The notes under the pieces were generated by a model. That model was not told the DNA's origin and did no database searches. It was given only the letters and a program-made list of their open reading frames with translations. A stretch of DNA of 64,000 nt. Origin: Haliotis rufescens (lineage: Eukaryota). Made by a program: the position numbers and the translations under genes. Each line of letters opens with the position of its first letter. Within the stretch, counting starts at the first letter, position 1. The stretch spans positions 44,144,001 through 44,208,000 of the forward strand of contig NW_025963780.1 of the NCBI RefSeq assembly GCF_023055435.1, given 5' to 3'. Positions 13,949-27,486 of the stretch are shown in pieces.

Positions 13949-14114
13949 TGAGTGAGTGAGTATGGTTTTACGCCACTTTTAGCAATATTCCAGCAATATC
14001 ACGGCGGGGGACACCAGAAATGGGCTTCACACATTGTACCCATGTCGGGAATCGAACCCGTGTCTTCGGCGTGACGAGCGAACGCTTTAACCACTTGGCT
14101 ACCCGACCGCCCCC
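13949..14114 (-). mobile_element. tRNA-derived SINE family 2 (also approx. 20307-20472, 45342-45498, 49458-49622, 58869-58960, 59656-59815)
   Basis: A/B boxes (tagcctagtgg, ggttcgattcc), (ACTC)n tail; TSD cgcaattcaag; empty site in copy C at ~42496. Confidence 0.88.
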
Positions 14115-14772
14115 GCAATTCAAGAGTATGTTTGTAATTGATCTTTCATCTATCGTTGATAAAATCATCATACATGGTTACTGAGATTATGCATATCAGT
14201 GAAAACACTTCTTATTTCCTATACTTCCGTTAAAAACATGATATAAAATAAGTTCAGGACGATTGTTTGTGGGTGTCAACTTCGGTATTATGAGGAACTC
14301 AACATTTCAGAGTATATGCTAACTCCCTCATCCGGTGATATGAATTTGCTACATCCTTTCACCGGATGAAGTAAGCCTATACACGTAAATGTTGTGTTCC
14401 TCAGAATAAAGTAGTTGACATCCATAAATTCTCTTTCTCATGTATATCACTTTTATGCCATTCAAAGACTTGATATATTATGTTGATATCGAATGTGTAT
14501 TAGTTGTGTTTCTCAGTTTCGACATATTGCATACAACTGTCCTTGAGGCAATGAACACTCCATCATTGGTCTTTCTGGTGCCTGAATACAATCATGGTGC
14601 AATTATGGTATATTGATCGGTATGAAGTTAAATAATATATCAATCGGTTCCAAGATGAAGTATTCCAAAATTAAGGCTATGCACACGTGCTTATACAACA
14701 AGCGGAGCAATATATGTATTGCACATAAAAAGCCATCATTATACCTACTGAATTTATATTTTCTAGAAACAG

Positions 14773-14827
14773 TTTAGAGAAACAAATCCAACACGTGGAC
14801 ACAATGAAGAAAACCACTAGGATGTGA
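14773..14827 (+). CDS. Paralog A, last exon: truncated tail SLEKQIQHVDTMKKTTRM*
   Basis: aaacag| acceptor as in C; 1-nt deletion relative to C gives TGA at 14825; C-like tail sequence continues out of frame to ~15160. Confidence 0.55.
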
Positions 14828-15599
14828 ACGGTCAAACGGTGCCCGGAACTCTGTAAGTGATGGATACGTGCCTAACCCAATCTATGAAGGAACTGATGAC
14901 TACAAGCTGGAGCAATTGCACAGAAAGACTAGCAGTGACATTAAAGATGGCTATGAACCAGACACGGAGTCACCTTGTGGCTTCACGCGATCAGGACCAG
15001 AACGTTTAGGCCTCAGTCTTGACAAAACCTCCCTGGTGACGCAAGGACACCTTGACTATTTTGACGACATAGTTTTTAATACAGAGCCAACTGGGGGACA
15101 TTCAGAAGCGAAGAGCGATGGTAGAGTTTCAGATCTCTATGCCAAGGGGAACAAAGCACATCATGTGCATCTACACATGGGCGTATTGTCATGCATTTTT
15201 AAATTACACATGACAATGAATTAAAAAAATATGTTCTCACTGGATCTCCACAAATTGGGATGCTATTGTGCTTAAAAGCAAGGTTACAATCAACATAGGT
15301 AATTCTTTCACATCTATTATTTAATTGCTATTAAAGGTATGTTCTCCAAATATGTCGCACTTGTAAAACGTCTTATAGATTTTAGCTCAAGCTCGTATTT
15401 ATCCTTTTCTGTCCACGTGTGTTGTTCATTCTGCAGTAACAGATGTTTACTTATTAGTGCATATAGTTGTCTATTGCTTGTGTTTATTGATTTTTGAGTG
15501 AAACATTTTTGCGCATTTTCCCAAACTTTGCTATTTGTGAGCTATGTTCCATTAACTATGTTGTTCATACATATCCAAAGTGCGGGTGTAATTCTTTGT

Positions 15600-16800
15600 G
15601 TTTTTCCCTACCATGTTAATTGTTCACCTGGAAAAAACATCGGACATCGGACATCATGTTTGTGACTGAGGCATCAAATTTGGAAATGTCCTCCACATGT
15701 CTACCATAAAAACTTTTTGGAAGCTTTACTGAGGCCTTGAATGTTGTCACCTTAATCCAGCAACTTCTGAGCAAGAGTCGTGTGACGCTCTTTGAAATCT
15801 TGGGTTGAAAGAGCATGCTCGATCGTATCTCAAGAGTTGTGAAACGTCAACACCAAAGGCTGGAGCAGCTGGAATATTGCTCAACTTGTAGGGAAAGTTG
15901 ACTATTGGAAAGTTGAACTCATCACTCTTGTCATGCAGTCTGGTGGAGAGTGTTTTGTCACTCTGAATCTTTATGCATAGATCTAAACATAAAACAGATG
16001 AGGCGGTCTCACTGGTCTCCTTTTTTCTAGTTCAGGTGGGTAACTCAGTAGAAGGGAATTGGCTATTCGATTGTTATTGAACAATATGAGATCATCGATA
16101 TACCTGAAGCTTAAGTTACACTTAAATATGAATAAAGTAACAGATCTACAAGAAGGGGAGCACAACTGGTGCCCATGGGCATGCCTACTTCTTGCCTAAA
16201 TGTCTTACCCCCAAATTTTACGTAGATGTTATCAATGAGGACGTCCAGCATTTCACATATTGTTTTATCAGTAAACATCAGATGGCATTTGCTTTCATAT
16301 TTCATAAAGTGTCCTGAACCTCTGAATATTGTTACGTAACTGTATCTGTGTTCACCACATTTTGTAACAAGAGCCCCATGGATTAAGGAATGAAGTTTTC
16401 CCTTAAGTGTGTCATGTTAGATAGTGGTATACAAAGTTGAAAAATCAAATGTTCTGAGATTGCAGAACGTCAAGCAAACCCTTTGAGTTTTTGAGAAACC
16501 ACATGGTATAAATTCCACTTGTCTCAAATACTTTCTGTGAATATAAATTAAGCCCTTCCTTGTTTGTATTAAGGATTATGGTCAGTCTTTGAGGCAGGGA
16601 TTTGGTGGTACATTTGCTGGACCCAGCCATATGTCTATCTTTTGTACGGACATCACGCACTGACTTTAAAACACGAACGAATAAAACAACCTTTCAGCGA
16701 TTTCTTTGGCGAATACTGTGTTCAACGTTCAAGGTAGAGACTTAAATGCAACTGTCAGATCTTACTCTATTTTCATCACAGTCAGCAGACACTCATTCGG
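15600..16800 (-). mobile_element. Penelope-like reverse transcriptase relic
   Basis: LIDNIYVKFGGKTFRQEVGMPMGTSCAPLLVDL, FRYIDDL, AGSSKCTTK; multiple frameshifts. Confidence 0.8.
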
Positions 16801-17815
16801 TGTTTACAATTATTAAATTATGAAAATCGTTCTGCCAAATCTTATATTGCTTGATATAGATTATTTATTCATTTTCTGAAAGTTTTACATGAAAAATAGC
16901 GAGCGAAAAGAGATTTCTTATGACAATGGAAATGTTTTTGTTTCTGTTATTTAGCAAATGTTGAATAGCACTAATATAAGAATAAGATCCAACGATTTCA
17001 AAACGTTTATGTCATTTGCATGAGATTTGATTATTGCGCAAAGCAGTGAAACTCATGTGTTATTACTAGGACATCTTCCCGAGGCAAGAGAGTTAACTGA
17101 ATGTAACAGCCAAGTTTCCATCCTGCCTGGAATTTCTGGGTTCGGTCGTAGCGCCACCAGTGGCTATTACGAGTTATGTCCCTTCTACGTCCCTCCTTCT
17201 GACCAATCAGATTCCACTCTGATATCACTTGCATTTGCTTTAAACAAAATTGCACCGCCCTATCTAGACGGGAGGACGCCAAGGACCGCTTTGTGACAAG
17301 ACCCGGAATGGCGAATGTTGTTAATTGAACAGCAAGGATAACTAACCCAGATTTTGTCGTCCTTCTTTGAAGGATCACGTTTTTGGTCATTACAGTGAAT
17401 TGTATACTGAGAAACTTGGACAATCATATTGGTAACAGTATCCTATCAAGCGATCATACGTCCCTAAAATACAATTGTGTGTCTGGTAATCTATACATCT
17501 GCATACCATACCACTTTTGATCTAAGGTCGTACACAATAGCTTATTATTTGTTCTCTTTCTAGAAGCTAAATTCTATGTATTATCATCTTACTGCTGTAC
17601 TTAATCATTGCATGGATTATTAAATTCAAAATTGAAATTTGTTCTTATGTATTACATGTAAATGAGACTAATCGTGATCAGTTAATAAACATATTCCTTT
17701 ATATAAGTTGTTAAATCATCTTTTATGTACAGTACGTTGGTATAAATTATTATAAAGTGTCCTCTCATTGATGTTACATATACTCAATATGTATTAACTT
17801 TCTTGTACGTATATA

Positions 17816-18969
17816 CACTCTTCAAAGAAAGAAATGCACAGGTAGATTTTGCGTAAATTTATTGTACCTAATAAAGTAGATAAATTTAATTTAATATCAT
17901 AGATACAAATATAATATTTGGGAGCTCGATAGTCGACTGCTGTCGTTTTTCAAATGCATTGAAAACTGTTCATTGTCATGTTACGTAAGTCCACAAGGTT
18001 GCACTGAACTCAGTATCTCATGTGACTGCCCCGGGCAGCAATCACGGCTCTGCATCTCATCGGCACTGACTGGATAAGTGTATGAAATCTGTCCTGCGGA
18101 ATTCTGCGCCATTCTGCTTGTAACGCGTTGGTCAGTTGTGGGAGTGTCTTCGGCGTGTTCATTTCGACGACGACAAACACGTTGTCTTCCATCTCGCCGG
18201 TGAAGAAGAAATCATTATTCGTTGCTAAACCACACTCGTCTCCAGTTTCTCGAATTCCAAGGCTGTAAGGTATGGGACCAACGCAAGCGTCGCTGTCGAT
18301 GGATCTGTTGGAAAACAGGGACGCTAACTGGTCACCAGGGTTGGTCTCCAGCCTCGCGAAGATGGTTCCTGACACTGGTCCTGACACTGAAGATGGTCCG
18401 ATATCCTCCTCAAATCAGGGATGCGTCCTGCAGTATTCGTAGCTGTTGCATTGCAGGGGTGGTAACTCTTGGTCGGCCGGTTCTCGGACTGTCTGCAGTG
18501 GAATTGAACGGTGTGTATCGGTCCCAAATGGTGAAAATGTTGCAGTGGTGGACGTTGAAGTGGCGTGCAACAGAAGACTGCGATTCCCTCTTTGAATACG
18601 TCCAATTGCGATGTTCCGATCGGCAGCGCTGGGTCTTGGCATTTTCGAACTTGAAAAATGTTGACAACTGAATGACAAATTATTGGCTTATGCTTGCCTT
18701 TCTATAGCCACTACCACGAGTTACGAATGCCAGAACTTGCACGTGCATTTTGCTTTACTGTTTTCCTCCATGACATTTTTTTAACAAGTGTGAAAACAAT
18801 ACCATTTGAGACATTAAATCGACAATGGCTGCGTTTTGACACACCGTGTGTCGAATATCAGGCCATCAACATTTTCCAACAACATATATCCAATTTATAT
18901 ACCGATGTTTTTGTGTAGTCAGGTTCAATGAACCACATACTACCTGTGCGTTTCTTTTTGTGAAGAGTA
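17816..18969 (-). mobile_element. Tc1-family element, internally deleted
   Basis: TIRs cactcttcaaagaaagaaatgcacaggtag / ctacctgtgcgtttctttttgtgaagagt in TA context; N-terminus MPRPSAADRNIAIG, motif PRTGRPRVTT, C-terminus RCRAVIAARGSHMRY. Confidence 0.88.
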
Positions 18970-19323
18970 TATACACATACATATATGATGTTTCACTTAG
19001 TGACCTCGTTCTACAGACAAAGACACTTCTGCGTTGAGTCCAACTCCTCCCTGTCTGATGAGAAACTCTACCTGTCCCACGAGGCTATACAGACGGGCAT
19101 GTGTCGCCTATAGAACACCCTGCGATGCTTGGGCTGACGTTTGTGTCGTTGACACTTGAAGAGTCTGACTTCGCACAAACTGCACTTTTCAACGAAACAA
19201 TATACTATTCAGCACAAAGTCTAATTATGTCCACACAGGTCTCATAATAATATTTCAACTATAGAAGCAGTTCGTCTTGTTGAAGGTTACACCGACTGTA
19301 ATATTCTTGTATATAAACAGTTA

Positions 19324-19745
19324 NNNNNNNNNNNNNNNNNNNNNNNNNNNNNNNNNNNNNNNNNNNNNNNNNNNNNNNNNNNNNNNNNNNNNNNNNNNNN
19401 NNNNNNNNNNNNNNNNNNNNNNNNNNNNNNNNNNNNNNNNNNNNNNNNNNNNNNNNNNNNNNNNNNNNNNNNNNNNNNNNNNNNNNNNNNNNNNNNNNNN
19501 NNNNNNNNNNNNNNNNNNNNNNNNNNNNNNNNNNNNNNNNNNNNNNNNNNNNNNNNNNNNNNNNNNNNNNNNNNNNNNNNNNNNNNNNNNNNNNNNNNNN
19601 NNNNNNNNNNNNNNNNNNNNNNNNNNNNNNNNNNNNNNNNNNNNNNNNNNNNNNNNNNNNNNNNNNNNNNNNNNNNNNNNNNNNNNNNNNNNNNNNNNNN
19701 NNNNNNNNNNNNNNNNNNNNNNNNNNNNNNNNNNNNNNNNNNNNN
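19324..19745. other. Assembly gap (N run)
   Basis: Ns. Confidence 1.
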
Positions 19746-20615
19746 TGGCATATTGAGAAGAAGACCAAAACCTCTTTGCTTTGCAGGACGGACTAATACA
19801 CATGATGTTATAGACACAGGTAAGGTGAAGGATTGACACAGGTAAGGTGTAGGATTGACACACTGTGTTCCTGAATGATTCCATACAAATATTCCAATGA
19901 TACGTAACACGAAAAAACCAACTTATACATGTACATGCCTGTCGGTGAAAAAATACTAATACTCGAGTTTGTTTCTGTAATTTCAAATATCTGGAATATT
20001 CAACAAAGATTGCAGGACACGAGTGTAGCAATGCCAAATTATGATTATTAAAACATATGTATTAGTGTTTTGAATAGACAAATATTACAAATATTACACA
20101 TGACACAGTAATTTATCTGCTGATAAGATAACTGTTATCTGTGTAACACAATGCGTCTACGCTTATAACAAGGAAGTAATGACGTTCCTTGCATCGATTT
20201 GTTTGTTTCAGCTTTAAGATGTGAAGTTGGAAGAAGTTGGATAAGCAGGCTATAGAACCCTAGGTAGGACAGGTTGTTACATTAGGACACTGCAAAACAA
20301 TGTCTAGTGAGTGAGTGAGTATGGTTTTACGCCGCTTTAAGCAATATTCCAGCAATATCACGGCGTGGGACACGAGAAATGGGCTTCACGCATTGTACCC
20401 ATGTGGGGAATCGAACCCGGGTATTTGGCGTGACGAGCAAACGCTTTAACCACTTGGCTACCCCACCGCCCCAAAACAAAGATTACAACATGCCACGTGA
20501 ACTACCAAGTGATGCAGGGTGTCGGTACTGACGTACGTTGGACATCTACATATCTTCAGATCACGTTAACTCTCAGATACACCTTCACAGGATTTCAAAA
20601 ACAGGTCCCAAAAGG

Positions 20616-20902
20616 GAGCACGGGTGGCCCAGTCGTCTAAGGCGCCGCAAATCGCTGTGCAGAGTTGCGTCCCTTGGACACGACAGAAACCTATGATTGT
20701 GGGTTCGAATCCCGGTTCGCCCCGATTATGTTCCTAGGTTTGTCAGCTCCATACCCGTGCTCGTGGGTTTCACCGAAGTGGTAAACGTCTGAGACCTGCA
20801 TCACTTCGGGCTTTCCTCCCATATTAAGCTGACACGCCGCGATATAACTGGAATACTGTTTAAAGCGGCGTTAAACCCAACTCACTCACTCACTCACTCA
20901 CT
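20616..20902 (+). mobile_element. tRNA-derived SINE family 3 (also approx. 6979-7247, 36644-36888, 5020-5361; partial minus copies 1520-1710, 30650-30830, 38270-38366)
   Basis: ggtggcccagtcgtctaaggcg...gggttcgaatccc, (ACTC)n tail; TSD caggtcccaaaaggg. Confidence 0.85.
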
Positions 20903-20967
20903 CAGGTCCCAAAAGGGTGGTTTCCATTTGGTGAATTCCTGGCGGATAACATCAGATACTAAACTTA

Positions 20968-22041
20968 TAAGGTTTGATTGATAAGTTCTGAGCTTCACAA
21001 AGAATGAATTGTATTATAGTGAAATATGTTTTTTTGTGGACATTGCATGATGCCACAGCGGTATATTCACAATTCAGCTTATTGTTGAGTCAGTAAAATT
21101 AGGAGGAGACTGATCTTTGGAAAATGGACACACTTGAGCAACGTGCAGTGGTCAAGTATTCTCAGAAAAAGGGTTTAACACCAAACGTTATCCATGAAGA
21201 TGTGAGTACAACACTAGGGAAGGATGCCCCTTTCTATGCAAACGTAAAGAGGCTGACAGCAGAGTGTAAACGTGGTAGGGAGACCCTTGAAGACGATTCC
21301 TTCCTGGTAGGCCTGTCACATCAACAACACCAGAAATGACCCAGAGAATCCAGGATATGGTGATGACCGACCGGCGAATGGCTGAGCGTCATGCTGCTTG
21401 TTCAGTAGGCATTTCCCAGGAGAGAGAGACGCACGACATATCTTGTAATATTCTAGCTTTGTTTGAAGCCCATCCAGAAAGATTATTATGACGATTTGTA
21501 ATTATGGACATGACCTAAGTTTACCACGTACAGTCCAAACAAGGATCAAAACAGTTGTAGTATTTGAGATCACCACCAAGGAAGGCAAATACTGTATCAT
21601 CAGCTTGAAAGGTTTTTGGATGTCATCATTTTGGACCATCCTCCAAAAGCTCAGACTGCATACGAAGCATATTAATCCACATTGGAGGCAATTACAGAAT
21701 GAAATTAAGAGGTGGAAAGCTGAGAAAGTATATGCTCTTCTATCAGGACTATTTGCTTGTCGAAAAACTGTCATTGCCATAGTCAGGGATGTCGATTTGA
21801 TCTCCTTTAGCACTCACATTATTGTCCTGATCTGGTCCCGTGAGTTTGCCATCTGTTGCCAAACATGCCGAACGATGACGTCACAGCAGCGGTGGAGAAC
21901 TCTTTTGGACAACCAACCGAACTTCTACGAAACTGGGATAAAACCCCTCCAACATCGCTGTTCGAAGAGGATTCTGGTGAAAAATAAATCATTTTAATAT
22001 CTGTCTGTCAAGTCTTTGTGAGGCTCAGAACACCCCTCGTA
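20968..22041 (+). mobile_element. mariner-type transposon relic
   Basis: Inverted ends ttctgagcttcacaaaga / tctttgtgaggctcagaa; MDTLEQRAVVKY...KRGRETLEDD HTH region; FYETGIKPLQHR C-terminal remnant. Confidence 0.8.
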
Positions 22042-22645
22042 CCCAGGAAAGGTGGCTTCCATCCATCTGATTCCTTGTGGGTAGCATCAGATACATACTT
22101 ACCTAAAAGGCACACGGGTATATGTATACGTCAGTGAACATTTTTGTTTTATGTAGACACAAGTTTTTGCTTCATGTTTTGTGATATGGTGTCATGACTG
22201 ATTTTCAGTGGTCCATTCATATAAATTTCACAGATGTTTTGCCCTTTACTCCAAATGAAATGTGTTTTTTACATAGTTTTGTATATTTGTAACCCTTTGA
22301 CTCATTTGCCTTTTTTCCAAGTGTTCATGTCTAATCTAGAACCGTGTCATATAATACTATGTTTTGAGATCCCGATATACGTTTTAAAACTCGTATTAGA
22401 AATAATTCCGGCTGCTTTTGAAAAAACTTAAATAGATGAGAGTATAAGTATTATACCCAATATACTTGTGTTTTCTACAGAACAGAGACAGTGCATCATG
22501 GAACTGTATAAAAAAAATAAAGAGGTGTCACTCTCTATGTTTGTGGGTGTTTATTTACTGTGTTAAACTGTCAAAATACCCTCTCCTATAGACCCTGATA
22601 TCGAACATCTGAATGGGTGTTTCTCCAGACCTAGACCACACCAAC

Positions 22646-22700
22646 ATGTGGAGGAAGTGGCGAGGATCCCTCTTTCTGCTGACATGGATTACGCTTCAAG
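22646..22700 (+). CDS. Paralog B, signal-peptide exon (MWRKWRGSLFLLTWITLQ)
   Basis: ATG 22646, G|gtatct donor, 55 nt. Confidence 0.7.
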
Positions 22701-23904
22701 GTATCTTGTGATCTCGTTTATGATGGAATCATAGAGTCTTTTGAGCATGCATTGAGTGTTATAAATGTTGAGATGATGGGTCGAATTAGTTTATCAAACT
22801 GTTTTATTCATCACATTCATCCTCTGTAAGATGAGACCCTTATGTAAACCTAATGTAGATTGATCTTGTAGATAGAACACTGGATATTAAACATAGGAAG
22901 AGCCTAACAACCGCATGAAATATAAAAAGGCTTGCCCAGTTGGAGTTTCTTGGATATACATTTTTGGTAGGAAATGGCTGGCATTTGAAAATACAATGAT
23001 ACAATGCAATCGATGGTGAATAACATAGTTTGCAAAATGCATCTTCTACCTCCTTTATGGATGCCATTTACCTGTATAAGAATAAGAGATTTGGACAGGA
23101 GGAAACGCTTCACAAATATCTAGAGCTGTTGTAAATGTTGGTGGTAGTTTCTTGTGCAAGATTTTCAGAACTGGTAAATATGATGATGTTGAAACAGCTG
23201 TATGTTTATTTAACGGGTGATCTCTTCACGGGTAAGTAATAAAGAGCATGCTCGTTTATTCCAGGGTAAGGGACAGGGGTGACACCGTATCTTGAATCCC
23301 AAGATTATCATCCAAGGTCTTTCCACTGCAAAGTTTGATTTAGTTCTAAATGAGCAGTCACTGGTGCAATGAGTGTCACGGTATAGCAAATTACAAGTGA
23401 GAGAATGTTAAAGTCAGCAATATCTAATTGCAAGTAACATTTCTGTGAATGAATTATTCTACCGTACGGTAACGGTAAGTAACGAAAATTGCAACGAAAA
23501 TACTCCGAATCCGATGAATGTACCACGTTTTTGTTTTCTCGATTGGGGTAAACATAATGTAAAACGATAATAATAAAAGGTATATGGTTTTGCAAACCTT
23601 GTCGTCAGAGTGTATGTGCAGTTTCTGCTCCAGACAGTGCCTTGACGATGGATGGATGTAGCAAACGTTATTCAGCTGTCTAGATCTCTTATTGTAGGTA
23701 ACGACCCATTACCGTAAATGTCATTTTAATGAGCAGGCACTGAGTTGACAATGGATGTGCCAAACGATCCACTACCGTAAATACCAGTTTAAACTAGTCT
23801 TCAGTCACAATCTCTCTCTCGGCACGGTATGACTGAAATATTGTCAATGTGAGGTTAAGTTTTAATTCAGTCACACTTTAGTCTCAATCAATTTGCATTC
23901 ACAG

Positions 23905-24300
23905 TTCTATGTCCAGCTGTCTCTGGCCTGAGACACAAGACTGCCTGTTACAACTTCACGCTGATAGTGGATCCTCCGTGTCCCACTACAGAGATGCTTC
24001 TTCCTACCATGTTTACACTCGGGGTGTCCTCTGATGTCACATGTCACAGTGAAATAAGTGGAACAAGCTTAAGACAGAAGGTAGTAGAGGAAATCAGACG
24101 TTGCTGTCAACAGAGTGAGAATGATGCAGTTACAGATTACTGCTTTCCTGCTATGAAGCACCAACTCAAGGATCACTACTACCTGGACTTTGTGAACACG
24201 TGCACGGCCGCCACAAAATGTATGCTGTCTACACCTCTTGGTAAAGTGCAGCACACTGATGGTAAAGACTATGTAACATTTACGTTTGAATGTGTGCACA
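23905..24300 (+). CDS. Paralog B, Cys-rich domain 1
   Basis: ttcacag| ... A|gtgagt; 396 nt open frame, all Cys conserved. Confidence 0.8.
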
Positions 24301-26198
24301 GTGAGTAGTGTCCATTATAAATAAATGTTTCAGCTATGTATATATGTCATTGACCATAGACAGGAAGTAAGGAAACGCTAAGCCCAACGCCGACTGTGTT
24401 CAGATATAACGTGACAGGACTTCTTATGAGCTTTACGTGCATGTTATGAAAGCCCATATAGCATGTGATGTAGTTAGTCATTGGAACCCATTGTACATGT
24501 AAGTAGTGTTTGGTCGTTTGTTGTTTAACGCCGCACTCAGCAATATGTCAGTTATATCATGGCGGCCTGTAAATAATCGAGTCTGGAACAGACCGTGCAG
24601 TGATCGAATTTGTGATCAACGATCCACGCCGTCGGAGTAGATGACACACAGACAAACAGGTCACCGAGCCAGACAAGCCGCCTCTCCCGACCAGCTCAAG
24701 TTGCTGGGGACCTAATACTGACAGAGGCAAATCCCCCTCCTTGTCATGCAACCAGGCGAAAGTTATGTATGCTATTTGTTGCCAATTCTTTCATTGCTGC
24801 AAGTTCATAAACCATATTAAAACCTAACTGGTTATACATGCTACACGTCACTTACTACAGGGTAGACATGTTTGTGGACCGTCATAACGCAGAATGTTAA
24901 TTTTCAACCTCAAACAACTACCACAAGTCTTTCAAAAAGTGGTGTATCCATTTCACGCAGATGGAGGCATGGTTATTTAAACTTTTAAGGCGCAATAAAT
25001 GTAACCATGTAAAATATAAATACAGCAAGTTCGCCCAACGGTTTCAGCAAAGAAACGTTGGCCCAACGTTCGATTAACGTCCGATTAGAAACTTGTATTA
25101 ATTTATGTTTAAACATAATTATTATAATATATTTTCGAATTCCACACATTTCCACATGTTAATGCTTTTAAACATTATATTTCATAATATCTTGAAACTC
25201 AGAGAAAGTCTAAGCAGATCTGTAAATATTTATTGACAACCCAATATTTCCTGACGAGTTCGTCGTACCTTGTTAACTGAACCCAAGTCATTGATATTTT
25301 GCCGCCCTATTATTATAGGGCCTTTATAATCCTTTCAATGATAAATAATCCAAGCTTCTGTCATCAGCAAACCCTGCAGTTATTAAAGGTGTATATATAT
25401 ATCTAAAAAGAAACATACCCAGATAGGCACCTTATTGTTCAGCGCACTTAACATATATCAGCGCGCTGTGTACATGTTTGTATATGAAGCACTATGGGCC
25501 ATGTGGCCTCAAATGCAAATATGATAAACTTGTCATAAAACTTGTCAAACTTGCCACTTTGGTATTAACTAACTCCCCGCTGAAGTTAATACGTGCTAAA
25601 TATTGACAAATAATTGAAGGCGACCATGTCATCAGTCTCTCTAAAAGAACAACAACGATCCTATCTCCACTGTTTGGTGATCGAAAAGTGAACTCGCGAG
25701 GTAACGGACATCAGTGAAGCTCCGGATTTTATTTGTTATCATTTACACGGAATGCTGAGAGTTTCAGCTAGCCTCTTTCTGAATTGTTCAGTTCCGATTG
25801 ATGTATATTTTATTTCTGACTGTCACAAGAAAAAGCGATTTTTGTTTGGTACTTCGTGTTTTATTAGGTAGTCGTGTGCTCGCTCGCTGTCCACTCTATA
25901 CTGCGTTGGTTGGTTGCTTTGTTGTTTTACGCCGCACTCAGCAATATTCCAGCTATATGACGGCAGTCTGTTTAAAGCTGCGTTAAACTCACTCACTCAG
26001 GCTTGAAAGGGATGAGGAAATTAGATTTATTATTCCATATATTACATTGTGTAAGAAACGTCATCCGTTCCTTATTATCTTTGATGTGTTTTTTTAAATC
26101 ATGCGGACAATGGAAATTACTTTGGATACCCATTTACAAGGAATATTAGTACACGACGGTCAGAAGAATAACTTTAATGACTTGGCCATCCTTTTCAG

Positions 26199-26530
26199 AG
26201 GACACGGTGCTGCACATCCAACGTGACTCTACACTCACAGGACAGGAGGTGTACCTGTACAACGACCAACATGACGGGATGGCCCATGCTAACTGTCTAG
26301 CATACTCTCATGAGTGTGACTCCCATGTCATAATACAACTTGCTGCAGCCCGAGTTGTGTCTGCCGCCTGCAGTGTGAACTTCACTGATGGGGATGTGTC
26401 AACCATGGTGGACTGTAAGAACCCACCTGCATCAAGAAACTGTTCCAGCGCAATGTTTGAGAGCAAGTCCAACTATGTTAACATGTCAATATTCATGACA
26501 GTCGATCCTGGACGTCAAGAAAAAGAGTAA
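26199..26530 (+). CDS. Paralog B, domain 2 ending in premature TAA
   Basis: ttttcag| acceptor; 17-nt deletion relative to A removes FLWLLA and creates GAG TAA just before the gtaag donor. Confidence 0.7.
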
Positions 26531-27128
26531 AGGTAAGAGGCAAATTATTGATAAACACCTTTACTGTTTATAAGATATGTGCTAAAAAGATTAAAATCTC
26601 ATTTCCAATAAGTGTACACTGCTGTAAAAATGTTTCTTCTGACACTTATGCGTCAAATCCATAAATAATGATCACATCAGTGGCAAAATACTTGTTGGGT
26701 GTCATTATGAGTGAGGAATATATTTGGAAAATGAAGCTTTGTCCCCGTAAAGCTTGTATTCTGAATCCTCGAACACCATATATCAATATATAGGACAATT
26801 TTATGGTTTGTTAAAAGCTGTCAGATTATTCAGTTTTCTCAATGTTGTATTAAAGTCAGATGGATGAAAACAGGTCATGAGTTGGACTTGTATCACGTCT
26901 TCTTCCACTATGAATCTATGCCTGGAGACCGAATATCATTGAACTCGATCGAATGCTTAAGTATTGACGAAAACCACCATGAGCCTTTTTATCACAGGAA
27001 ATAATACCCCTATCAATGACAGTTGGTGCGCACATACAAACGTACATCGTTACTGCACGAGGGCCTGAATATTATACATGATCTCAGGTATTGTCACAAT
27101 GTCATTAACTCAAAACCTTTACTTGTAG

Positions 27129-27486
27129 CGGATACAGGTGAGAATGTTACCGTCGTCTGTGAAGCCAACATACCTTCAGATGTGTCACTGAACTGCCCAA
27201 CGTCTGCATCAACTACTCCATCAACTACGTCAACGTTAACACCAACTACTTCAACGTCTGCATCAATAACTACATCAACTACTTCAACGTTAACACCAAC
27301 TGCTTCAAACGCCTGCATCAACTACTACGTCAACTACTTCAACGTCTGCATCAACTACGTCAACGTCTGCATCAACTACTACGACATCAACTACCTCAAC
27401 TACAAGTACTAATGTTGCTGCTACCACTGCTACTACAGAGACCTCCAATAATGCCTCCAGCAAACACACATTGTTAGCGGTAACAT
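27129..27486 (+). pseudogene. Paralog B mucin-stalk exon with +1 frameshift
   Basis: ttgtag| ADTGENVTVVCE...; extra A in tcaaacgcct (~27308) shifts the Thr repeat into the INYY frame; donor T|gtatgt. Confidence 0.6.

Noticed and set aside
19259-20037. Long ORFs spanning N runs (also 38264-38723)
   Set aside because: Gap artefacts
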